DNA of 64,000 nucleotides from Bacteroidia bacterium. Its GTDB lineage: Bacteria > Bacteroidota > Bacteroidia > 2-12-FULL-35-15. Position numbers and translations under genes: made by a program. The notes beneath the pieces are model-generated. The model made no database searches, was not told the DNA's origin, and was given only the letters and a program-made list of their open reading frames with translations. The stretch covers positions 171,730-235,729 of the forward strand of contig JAURXZ010000024.1 of NCBI GenBank assembly GCA_030654175.1. The letters run 5' to 3'. Below, in pieces: positions 1 to 9,300 of the stretch (positions within the stretch are counted from its first letter, which is position 1; every line of letters starts with the position of its first letter).

Positions 1-1086
1 TGCTTGTTGCAAAGCAATAAAAGCCCCTGTATGATGGGCTGCTCCTCTTTGTTTATTAAACAAAGAGTCGCGGGTAGATGCAGGTAAAGATTGGTCGTTA
101 TCAAATCCCCAGGCATCGCAAATTAATTCTACTCCATTAAAAAAACTATTGTTTCCATTGCCCCAAACAGAAGTGTAGGGTGTAAATGGAGGTTCAGCGC
201 GTAATAGTTTTCGGTATCGAATTGCGCTATTGTAAAAATCTTCAATGTTATTGCTAAATACATGGAACCCGATCCAATCAGGTTTTAAGCTTCGCCCATG
301 TAATTCCCTTAAAAACAAATCAACATGCTCGCTGATATTTGCATTTATGGTATTCCCTATTTGTATAGACACAGAACTATTGAATCCAGGGCCACCGATT
401 TTTAACGTTGGAAAGTTCGTTTTTAAAGAATCAAAATTAGTACACCAAAAATTATTAAACTCTACAGAATCCCGATCCCAAAATTGGTTTTGTGGGTACT
501 CCGTCCAAAGGTTTAAATATCCCTGTAAAGTATTACTACCACCTTCAAAATTATTATACCTGTTCACTACTTTTAGCCCTGCTTTCAACCAGTTGGCTTC
601 TTCATTGGCCCTTGGCCCTTTATAATCGTGTTGGTTAATATTATGTGAGTTTTCGCCTCCTAATCTAAAGAAGGGCACAAACCCTCCATCTAACCAGTTT
701 TGAAACTGTATATCACTTTCCACAAAATGATAATTTGCAGTATCATTCGGATCGCAGTTCCAGTTTGGATAAGGTGTTGAAGCGTATGGAATAGAGTCAT
801 AGTTTCCACAAAAAAACATCCGTTCCATATCCAGGCGGTCATCAAAATAATCATTGTTTCTAACTGAAGTTACCCCGATATCCTGGTATCTTGAGGTAAG
901 ATCGGGAACAACCAGGTTATTATAATTAGCCGCAGGGCCTGCAATAACTCCAAGCATGTGTGGCTTGATCAAAGAGTCTGTTGAACTGATGGAACCAATA
1001 TCAATAGTGATATTTTCGGTTATCTGAGCTTTTGTTTCTAAAATAGAAAACAAAGCAAATACAGGGAGTAAAATTGTTTTTTTCAT
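1..1086 (-). CDS. Secreted GH39-like (clan GH-A) glycoside hydrolase-fold protein, 3' end beyond window edge
   Basis: Not in ORF track. Hand translation from ATG 1086 is open for 362 codons: signal peptide MKKTILLPVFALFSILETKAQ, then GVTSVRNND, NYHFVESD, PFFRLG, NLWTEYP, LKIGGPG, PDWIGFHVF in GH39-like order. Confidence 0.7.
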   Translation of the reverse strand, partial: MKKTILLPVFALFSILETKAQITENITIDIGSISSTDSLIKPHMLGVIAGPAANYNNLVVPDLTSRYQDIGVTSVRNNDYFDDRLDMERMFFCGNYDSIPYASTPYPNWNCDPNDTANYHFVESDIQFQNWLDGGFVPFFRLGGENSHNINQHDYKGPRANEEANWLKAGLKVVNRYNNFEGGSNTLQGYLNLWTEYPQNQFWDRDSVEFNNFWCTNFDSLKTNFPTLKIGGPGFNSSVSIQIGNTINANISEHVDLFLRELHGRSLKPDWIGFHVFSNNIEDFYNSAIRYRKLLRAEPPFTPYTSVWGNGNNSFFNGVELICDAWGFDNDQSLPASTRDSLFNKQRGAAHHTGAFIALQQA

Positions 1087-1172
1087 ATTGCCGGATGTCG
1101 CATTAATTTATTACGTTGTTTATTCCGAGAACCTTTCTTTAGCGTTTGACTATTAATTTCCCTTTCACTTAG

Positions 1173-1631
1173 TTATTGTTCTCCGGTTTTATTTAACAAG
1201 TCTAACTCTTTTTGGTGCTTAGCGCTTCTTGCCGAATCACCTAACAAACCATAAATAGCTATCAGTGCGAGCAGTGTATTTTTGTCGCTTGGATATAGTT
1301 CATGAGTTTTTTCAAAATAGGGAAGAGCCAAATTGAATTGTTCATAGAAAACAGTTTCAACTGAATCTATTTCACTTCTTGAATAACCAAAAGGATGGTC
1401 GTTAAAAATATCAATACCTTGATTGTAAAATATCCTTCCTTGATTATAATCATCTTGAAATTCTATTGTCATGTTTCTTTCTTCAGGCAATCTTTTATAT
1501 ATTAAGGTTATTGAAGCGAAAAGTTTTGTAATTGAATCTTCACTGATGGGGGGGGCTTCTTCCTGAGAAAGCATTCGTAAAGGAGAAACAAAGAGTGTAA
1601 ATAAAAGTATGATCAATTGTTTTGTTTTCAT
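1173..1631 (-). CDS. Exported TPR-like hypothetical protein
   Basis: Signal-peptide-like N-terminus; ALPYFEKTHELYPSDKNTLLALIAIYGLLGD resembles a TPR unit. Confidence 0.6.
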   Translation of the reverse strand: MKTKQLIILLFTLFVSPLRMLSQEEAPPISEDSITKLFASITLIYKRLPEERNMTIEFQDDYNQGRIFYNQGIDIFNDHPFGYSRSEIDSVETVFYEQFNLALPYFEKTHELYPSDKNTLLALIAIYGLLGDSARSAKHQKELDLLNKTGEQ

Positions 1632-1885
1632 TTTGCTGCTCCATTTTTATAGCGAACATGCACTTTTTAGTTTGACTAATCGAAATAACATCAAAATAAT
1701 AATCAATATTTGTATTTTAATAGTTTTAATTAAAAAGCCCAAATACAACTTTAAAAAGATTATTCTTCTGAAACTTGCCCACACCAACAAACAAATCCTA
1801 CCAGTAGCGCTTATTTATCCTGTTTGGCCTGTATATGCCACCAACTTAGTTTTCTTCTTAATTTCAAGAATGAATCAGAAACAAT

Positions 1886-4366
1886 TTAAATCTCAAATCC
1901 CCACTCTTCATCAAATTTTTTACCTGGAGTAGGTGGTTTTTTAGGAACTTCTTTTTTAACTATTGGAGTAGGGGCTTCAAATTTCTCTTCCATTTTGAAA
2001 AGAGGTTTTTTTTCGGATGCTTTTTGTTTTACGCCTCTTCCTTTGCCTTTTTTCTGAAATGATTCTTTTTTCTGAAACGATTCTTTCTGGAATGATTCCT
2101 TTTTTGGAAATGATTCTTTTTTCTGGAAGGATCCTTTTTTCTCAAATGATTCCTTCGAAAAAGAAGAATTTCTTGGTTTCTCTTCAGTTACTTCAACCAA
2201 TGCAAAATCCAACTGTTTACGCACTAGATCAGCACGCTTCACTTCAATTCTAACCGTATCGCCAAGTGTTAGTACTTTACCATATTTACGGCCACGCAAA
2301 CAATAATTATCTTCATCAAAGAAATAATTATCATCACGCAAGTCTCTTAAGCGTATCATCCCTTCACAGTGATTTTCTATGATCTCAACAAAAATGCCCC
2401 ACTCTGTAACACCGGATATTTTACCGTCATATTCTACCCCAATCTTATCAATTAAAAATTGAACCTGTTTGTATTTAATAGAAGCGCGTTCAGCGTCTGC
2501 TGCCAGTTTTTCCATATCGGAAGAATGTTTACACAGCTCCTCTAATTTATCGATATCGGGATTTTTTCCGCCATCTAAATAATGTTGCAATAAACGATGC
2601 ACCATCACATCGGGATACCTACGGATAGGGGATGTAAAATGGGTATAATATTCGAAGCCCAAACCGTAATGGCCAATGTTTTTTGTAGTGTATATCGCCT
2701 TTGCCATTGTACGAATGGCAAGCAGTTCGATCATTCCGGCTTCTTTTTTCTCATTTACTTCTTTCAATAAATTATTTAATGAATCGGCAACTGATTTCTC
2801 ATTTTTGATATTTAATTTGTATCCGAACTTACCTACAAACTCAGCAAAAGTAGCCAGTTTATCAGGGTTTGGTTTATCATGGATACGATATACAAATGGT
2901 TTTTTTGTATCCTGGCTTTTGGCTCCTGCTGCATTGTGTCCTTTCACTTTACCAATAAATTCAGCCACTTTACGGTTTGCCAACAACATAAAATCTTCGA
3001 TCAACTGATTGGAATCTTTTGCTGTTTTAAAAAACACACCTGTTGGATTTCCTGCTTCATCCAAATGAAATTTCACTTCCATTTTTTCAAAAGCAATACT
3101 TCCTTTTCTAAAACGATTGGCGCGTAATATTTTTGCCAAACGATCGAGCGTTAACACTTCATCACAAAAATCACCTTCTTCGGTTTCAATGATCAGCTGT
3201 GCGTCTTCGTATGTAAAGCGTTTGTCAGAATTAATTATGGTTCTTCCGATCCATTCATTTACCACTTCGGCATCATCGGTCATTTCAAATACTGCCGAAA
3301 AACATAATTTTTCCTCATTAGGACGCAGTGAACAAACATTGTTTGATAATACTTCCGGAAGCATCGGAACCACCCTATCCACTAAATAAACAGAGGTAGC
3401 GCGTGAAATGGCTTCCTGATCTATCATAGAGTTGGGTTTTACATAATGGCTCACATCGGCAATGTGTACACCAATTTCCCAGTTTCCGTTGTCTAATTTC
3501 TGGATGGAAAGCGCATCGTCAAAATCTTTTGCATCCACAGGGTCGATCGTAAAAGTGGTGATCTCGCGGAAGTCTCGTCTTTTGGCAATCTCCTCTTCAG
3601 TGATCGCTATCGGAACAAGGTCGGCCGCACGTTCCACATCTTTTGGGAATTCGTAAGGCAAACCAAACTCTGCGAGTATCGCGTGCATTTCAGTGTTGTT
3701 CTCACCAACATTACCCAACACTTCAATGATCTCACCAATAGGATTTACGCCATTCTTAGGCCATTCAGTAATTTTGGCAATGGCTTTTTGCCCGTCCTTA
3801 GCGCCATTCAATTTATCCAGTGGAATATAAATATCCACATTTGCTTTATTGCTGCTCGGCACCAGAAAAGCAAAACGTGGCGAAAGCTGTATCACTCCTA
3901 CAAATTTAATCCGTGCACGATCGAGCACCTCCACAATTTCACCTTCTTGTTTCTCTTTTCGTTTTGGATATAAAAGCACCTTCACCGTATCACCATGCAT
4001 GGCATTAAGTGTTTTGGTTGGGGTAACCAATACATCGTTCTCTGTTTCTTCCGATACAATATACGCGGTTCCGCTGGCGGTCATTTCCACACGCCCGGTA
4101 ATGTATTGTTTGGTTGATTTTATCAGGAATTTACCACGTTCGGGCTCTGATACCGAACCGCTGTTTTTTAATTCTGATAAGATGGTATTTATTAATATAC
4201 GCTGGGATTGGTCGGTAACATTGAGTTCCGCAGCAATTTGTTTATAGTTGAGCGACTTGCCGGAATGTTTAGATAATACTTTTAATATTTCTTCGAAAAA
4301 AAAACCTTTGTTCTTTTTCTGTACAGTATCTTTTCCGGGAGTGTTTCTTTTGAATTTTTTTGTCAT
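1886..4366 (-). CDS. rnr: Ribonuclease R
   Basis: RNB motifs TIDPVDAKDFDDA, HIADVS, HYGLG..YTHFTSPIRRYPD; N-terminal HTH/cold-shock region and C-terminal S1 domain. Confidence 0.97.
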   Translation of the reverse strand: MTKKFKRNTPGKDTVQKKNKGFFFEEILKVLSKHSGKSLNYKQIAAELNVTDQSQRILINTILSELKNSGSVSEPERGKFLIKSTKQYITGRVEMTASGTAYIVSEETENDVLVTPTKTLNAMHGDTVKVLLYPKRKEKQEGEIVEVLDRARIKFVGVIQLSPRFAFLVPSSNKANVDIYIPLDKLNGAKDGQKAIAKITEWPKNGVNPIGEIIEVLGNVGENNTEMHAILAEFGLPYEFPKDVERAADLVPIAITEEEIAKRRDFREITTFTIDPVDAKDFDDALSIQKLDNGNWEIGVHIADVSHYVKPNSMIDQEAISRATSVYLVDRVVPMLPEVLSNNVCSLRPNEEKLCFSAVFEMTDDAEVVNEWIGRTIINSDKRFTYEDAQLIIETEEGDFCDEVLTLDRLAKILRANRFRKGSIAFEKMEVKFHLDEAGNPTGVFFKTAKDSNQLIEDFMLLANRKVAEFIGKVKGHNAAGAKSQDTKKPFVYRIHDKPNPDKLATFAEFVGKFGYKLNIKNEKSVADSLNNLLKEVNEKKEAGMIELLAIRTMAKAIYTTKNIGHYGLGFEYYTHFTSPIRRYPDVMVHRLLQHYLDGGKNPDIDKLEELCKHSSDMEKLAADAERASIKYKQVQFLIDKIGVEYDGKISGVTEWGIFVEIIENHCEGMIRLRDLRDDNYFFDEDNYCLRGRKYGKVLTLGDTVRIEVKRADLVRKQLDFALVEVTEEKPRNSSFSKESFEKKGSFQKKESFPKKESFQKESFQKKESFQKKGKGRGVKQKASEKKPLFKMEEKFEAPTPIVKKEVPKKPPTPGKKFDEEWGFEI
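2049..2165 (-). repeat. Coding tandem repeat (15-18 bp unit, KESFQK) in the rnr C-terminal tail
   Basis: SFSKESFEKKGSFQKKESFPKKESFQKESFQKKESFQKK; recurring tgattc(c/t)ttt on + strand. Confidence 0.9.
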
Positions 4367-4370
4367 AGAA

Positions 4371-4378
4371 CAAATATA
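4371..4378 (-). promoter_or_regulatory. Bacteroidota primary-sigma -7 box for rnr
   Basis: TATATTTG on - strand, 4 nt before the ATG; matches TAnnTTTG. Confidence 0.6.
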
Positions 4379-4538
4379 ACTTATTTAAAATAATTTAACA
4401 ATTTAAGAGAATGCAATTATACAGTAGCAATGTTCAATAATTAGCAATTTAATGATCAATGTGGTTTAGTTAAGCACAATTTCGTAAATTCGTCATGCAT
4501 CATTATCCTGCAGCTCATAAAAAAATAAAAAATTGTGA

Positions 4539-4566
4539 TGCAACCAAATAATGCAAATTGACATCT
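4539..4566 (+). promoter_or_regulatory. Putative ECF-type autoregulatory promoter
   Basis: TGCAACC-N16-CATCT just upstream of the ECF sigma ATG at 4585; AAC in -35 is typical of ECF promoters. Confidence 0.45.
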
Positions 4567-4584
4567 TCTACACAGAAAGCAAAA

Positions 4585-5109
4585 ATGACTGATGAGCAAA
4601 TAGTAAAAGGGTGCATTGAAAAAAATCCGATCGCCCAAAAGTATCTATACGATAAGTTTGCCCGAAAAATGATGGGGGTTTGCCTGCGTTATTGCGACAG
4701 CCAAGAGGAAGGCGAAGATGTTCTTCAAATGGGTTTTATCACTGTTTTTGAACACTTAAATTCATTTAAAGGAACAGGGTCATTTGAAGGGTGGATCAGA
4801 AAAATAATGGTGAATACGGCCCTTACCAATATTAGAAAAAATAAAAAATTCAAACAAAATGTAGCCATGGATAGCGTAGAATTTATGCTGCCATCTACGA
4901 ATCATATTGCAGAAAATTTTGCAGCCAACGACCTGTTAAAAATCATACAAACTTTGCCAACAGGATTCAGAACTGTTTTTAATTTATATGCCATTGAAGG
5001 TTATTCTCATAAGGAGATTGGAGATCTTTTAAATATTTCGGAAGGAACATCTAAATCACAATATTCGAGAGCAAAGGCCCATTTACAAAAAATAATACCA
5101 AACAGATAG
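4585..5109 (+). CDS. ECF RNA polymerase sigma factor
   Basis: Region 2 EDVLQMGF..GSFEGWIRKIMVN; region 4 LPTGFRTVFNLYAIEGYSHKEIGDLLNISEGTSKSQYSRAK; ATG 4585 preferred to TTG 4558. Confidence 0.95.
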   Translation: MTDEQIVKGCIEKNPIAQKYLYDKFARKMMGVCLRYCDSQEEGEDVLQMGFITVFEHLNSFKGTGSFEGWIRKIMVNTALTNIRKNKKFKQNVAMDSVEFMLPSTNHIAENFAANDLLKIIQTLPTGFRTVFNLYAIEGYSHKEIGDLLNISEGTSKSQYSRAKAHLQKIIPNR

Positions 5110-5122
5110 AGAGGGAGAGAAC

Positions 5123-6103
5123 ATGAAAAATGACGATATAGACGATCTATTCAAAAAATCATTCGAAAACTACGAAGCAGAGGTTAATCCAAGTGTTTGG
5201 AAGAACATTCGCATAGGACTTAAATGGGGCGGCTTGGCCCTTTTATTCAATACACTTTTACATAAGATCGGCTTCGGTACTATTATTGCAATTCTTTCAT
5301 CGGCAGTAATAATCAGCACGGTTGCGATCTTAAACAAAAAAAACAAATCGGATGATGTAACGCAAAACACCAAAATTGAAACGCAGTTACCACCGGCAAT
5401 TATTGAAAAACCGGCTTCTGTATTGGATACCACTCAGGAACAAAAGGCAGAGAACGGGAAACCTCTTTCGGAGGGTAAAAATAATAGCACAGAAAAAACA
5501 GCGTTACCAGCAAATACAATTGTTGAATCATCAAAAAAAGACAATAAAAAAATAGAGTCGGTTATAAATAAATTCTCTAAAGAGCCCATCGCTTCTATAT
5601 CGGCAAGCCCTGTTGGAGGAACGGCACCTCTGATAGTTGACCTTTCGAATACAGGATCGGGTAAAACAAATAAGTGGACCTACAGCGATGGTAAAAAGGA
5701 TAAATCCACATCAAATCCAGTTCATGTATTTGAAACACCGGGTATTTATTCCGTTATCCTCACTTCCACCAACGACAAAGGAGAAACAGCCATAGACAGC
5801 ATTAAAGTAGAGGTTACAGGCAATTCGTCCATATCATCCATTCCAAAAGATTTTTCTCCAAATGGTGATGGTGTATTGGATGTATTTGTTTTTCAAACGA
5901 AGAACATTGCTAAAATGAATGCCAAAATTTTTGATGAGAAAGGCACTGTTGTTTATACCTCTGAAAGTACAGATGCTAAGTGGGATGGGAAAGATCTGCA
6001 AGGTAATGATGCAAAAGAAGGGATCTATTTTTACATAATAAATGCCGAAGGTGTGGATGGTAAAAAATATGAGCCTAAAGGGTCAATAAATCTTACGAGA
6101 TAA
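5123..6103 (+). CDS. Putative anti-sigma factor: N-terminal helix, TM, polar linker, PKD domain, T9SS type B (CHU_C) C-terminal domain
   Basis: 13 bp after ECF sigma; DDLFKKSFENYEAEVNPSVWKNI; hydrophobic segment; PKD GTAPLIVDL..W..SDG..NPVHVF..PG.Y; CTD IPKDFSPNGDGVLDVF..WDG..EGIYFY..KGSINLTR. Confidence 0.8.
   Translation: MKNDDIDDLFKKSFENYEAEVNPSVWKNIRIGLKWGGLALLFNTLLHKIGFGTIIAILSSAVIISTVAILNKKNKSDDVTQNTKIETQLPPAIIEKPASVLDTTQEQKAENGKPLSEGKNNSTEKTALPANTIVESSKKDNKKIESVINKFSKEPIASISASPVGGTAPLIVDLSNTGSGKTNKWTYSDGKKDKSTSNPVHVFETPGIYSVILTSTNDKGETAIDSIKVEVTGNSSISSIPKDFSPNGDGVLDVFVFQTKNIAKMNAKIFDEKGTVVYTSESTDAKWDGKDLQGNDAKEGIYFYIINAEGVDGKKYEPKGSINLTR
6001..6103 (+). repeat. Direct repeat copy 1 (3' end of anti-sigma-like gene)
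   Basis: aggtaatgatgcaaaagaagggatctattt...cctaaagggtcaataaa recurs at 10008..10109. Confidence 0.95.
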
Positions 6104-6113
6104 TCGGAGGTGC

Positions 6114-6233
6114 AATAGAGCGCAGATGATGCAGGTTTTTGCCGTCAATTAAGATTATATCTGTGCGAAACAGAAAACTTTTCTTGTTTTTTTCCCTGTT
6201 TATCATAACAATCTGCGTTATCTGCGTTCCATT
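6114..6233. repeat. Degenerate 9-bp-period inverted-repeat element
   Basis: gcgcagatgatgcaggtt ... aatctgcgttatctgcgttc. Confidence 0.55.
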
Positions 6234-6395
6234 TATTTTTCAAATTGTTAGGATCATTAAAGATTTTTTATCTGTACGCAAAATAATTTTTTCTAACGTA
6301 TGAATTCATTTCCCGATGTGAATTATAGTTTAATGTCTGCAACTATTTTGTTTATTGTTACATTCGCTCTTACCAATTAATTAGCTTTGTAGCGT

Positions 6396-9300
6396 ATGAT
6401 GAAAAAAATAGTTCCCCTCATTCTTGTCATTATTAGTTTGTTTATAAAAAATGTAACTGCCCAGGGAACGGACTGCGCCACTGCCAGTCCATTTTGTACT
6501 GCTTCAGGAGCAGCAACTTTCCCGGCACAACAAAACACACAGGCTCCCATAGGTCCCAACTATGGCTGTTTGGGTTCTCAACCAAATCCTGCCTGGTTTT
6601 ATCTGCAAATTGCAACAGCCGGTAACATTGTATTAGACATGAATAACTCCGCAGTTGTTGATATTGATTTTATCTGTTGGGGACCATTCACAACCCCTGC
6701 CGCAGGCTGTTCCTCCGGATTAACAGGCGCAGAAATTGATTGTAGCTATGCGTCAGATCCAAACGAAACCTGCAACATACCGAACGCTTTGGTTGGCCAA
6801 GTTTATATTTTATTAATAACCAATTATTCAAATGATCCAACCACAATTACTCTTGCTCAAAACGGGGGCACAGGAGCCACAAGTTGTGGTATTTTGTGTG
6901 GAATGACTGCCTTAACTGCTGTTCCGGACGTTTGTGCAAGCGCTAACAACATTTTTAATGTGTCAGGAAGCGTAACGTATACGAGTCCACCGGCAACCGG
7001 AATATTAACGATTTCAAATAGTTGTTCTGGCGCCACACAAGTCATTAATGCGCCTTTTAACGCGACATCTACCGGTTATACCCTAACTGGTCTTCCTGCT
7101 AATGGTGATACTTGCATTGTAACTGCTCAGTTTTCAGCTACTGACCCTAATTGTAAACTTACTCAAAACTTTATAGCTCCCCATCCAGTGGGTTTTTCTT
7201 TTTCTTCTGTGACCAATGTGCTTTGCTTTGGAAATACTACAGGAAGTGCCACTATTAATGTTTTAGATGGAGTCCCTCCTTACACTTATTCATGGAGCCC
7301 ATCAGGACAAACTGATTCTACAGCCACAGGACTTGCTGCAGGAACACATACGGTTGTTGTAACTGATAGTATTGGCTGTTCATATCCCAACACCATAACT
7401 ATAACAACAGCTCCTCAACTCACTACTTCTTTCACTTCTGTTACAAACGTGAGTTGCCTTGGAGACAATGACGGTAGTGCTTCTGCGAGTGTTTCCGGGG
7501 GAATACCGGTATACACTTATTTATGGAGTAACTCGCAAACGTCACAAACCGCTACAAACCTCGTAGCGGGAACCTATACCCTAACTGTAACTGATTCTGC
7601 AGGTTGTTCGCATTTGGATTCGGTAACCATAACGTCACCTCTACTACTCAGTCATTCTTTCTTACCTTTCACCAATGTGAGTTGTGCGGGAGGGAATAAC
7701 GGCAGCGCCACTATCAATGTTTCCGGAGGAACGTTCCCCTATACCTACTTGTGGAGCAACTCGCAAACCACACAAACAGCAACAGGTCTTGCCGCAGCAA
7801 GCTATACAATTGTTGTTACTGATGCGCACTCTTGTTCTTTTACAGATTCAGTTACAATAACGGCTCCTCTTCCTTTAATACATTCTTTTTCAGGGATCGC
7901 AAATATTGATTGTTTTGGTAACCCTGTAGGCGCAGCAACGGTGGATCCTTCAGGAGGAACACCTCCTTATGCTTATTCATGGAACAGCATTCCGGTTCAA
8001 ACTACTCAGACCGCATCAACTCTTTATGGAGGTGTTTTTAAAGTTACTGTTACTGACTCCCTTGGATGTTCATTTATTGATTCTGTTTTTATCACTACGC
8101 CTACCGGACTTGGTGTTTTTTCTCCATTAATTACAAATGTGCATTGTTTTGGGGACAGCAGCGGTGCAGCTACCATAACGCCTTTTGGCGGAACTCCGGG
8201 ATATACTTACCTGTGGAACCCGGGTGGTCAGACGGATTCAATAGTATCAGGGCTTCCGGCAGGAATTGACACCATTAGAATCACGGACAGCTTTGGATGT
8301 TTAATTAAAACTTATGTTCAGATCACAGAACCAACTTTACTTACTTCCACACCAAGCCAGTTAAATATTCTTTGCTTTGGCGACAGCTCAGGTTCTGCCG
8401 GAGTTTTGGTAGCAGGCGGGAGTACACCGTATACTTATTCATGGACCCCTTCTGTTGGAACAACAGCAGTTGTTACGGGTTTACCTGCCGGTAATTATTC
8501 TTTGCTGATCACCGACTCACTAGGATGTACTCTTTCTCCTTCTTTCACACTAACACAACCTGCAAGTCCTCTTTCGGTACTAAGTTCTTTTGTGGATGTT
8601 TTATGCAATCCTGACAGCACTGGGTCTGCTGCAATTGTTGTATCCGGTGGCACTCCGGGCTATTCATATTTGTGGAGCAATGGACAAACGGATTCAACAA
8701 TTTCAACTGTTCCGGCAGGAAATTATACTGTTATGATCACAGATTCGGTAGGCTGCCTGGATAGCTCTGCAATAACTATTAGTGAACCACCATTACTTAC
8801 ATTTACCTCCAGCCAGATAAATGTTCTTTGTTTTGGCGACAGCTCAGGAACTGCATCAGTATTGGTATCTGGCGGAACTCTTCCTTATACCTTTTTGTGG
8901 AATCCCATCGCTACCGACACCGCAACCCTCACCGGTTTACCTGCGGGAATCGATTCTGTTTTGATCACAGATGCTCATGGATGCCAGTTATCTTCTTCTT
9001 TCATAATCACACAGCCGGCTCTTCCTCTTTCCCTGGCAAGTAGTTTTGTGAATGTTTTATGTAATCCCGATAGCACTGGATCGGCATCAGTTATTGTAAC
9101 GGGAGGCACTTCGGGATATAGCTATTTATGGAGCAGCGGACAAACTACCTCAGGCATTTCATCCCTTCCGGCAGGCAATTATTCTGTGATGGTTACAGAT
9201 ACTAACGGTTGTTTGGATAGTTCAGCAATAATATTAACTCAACCGCCACCATTCACAACCACCATTACAGCTGACACAAGCATTTGCGAAGGGATGAGTA

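Noticed and set aside
245-625. 126-aa plus-strand ORF and the many other short ORFs overlapping long genes
   Set aside because: Antisense or off-frame shadows of well-supported CDSs, with no motifs
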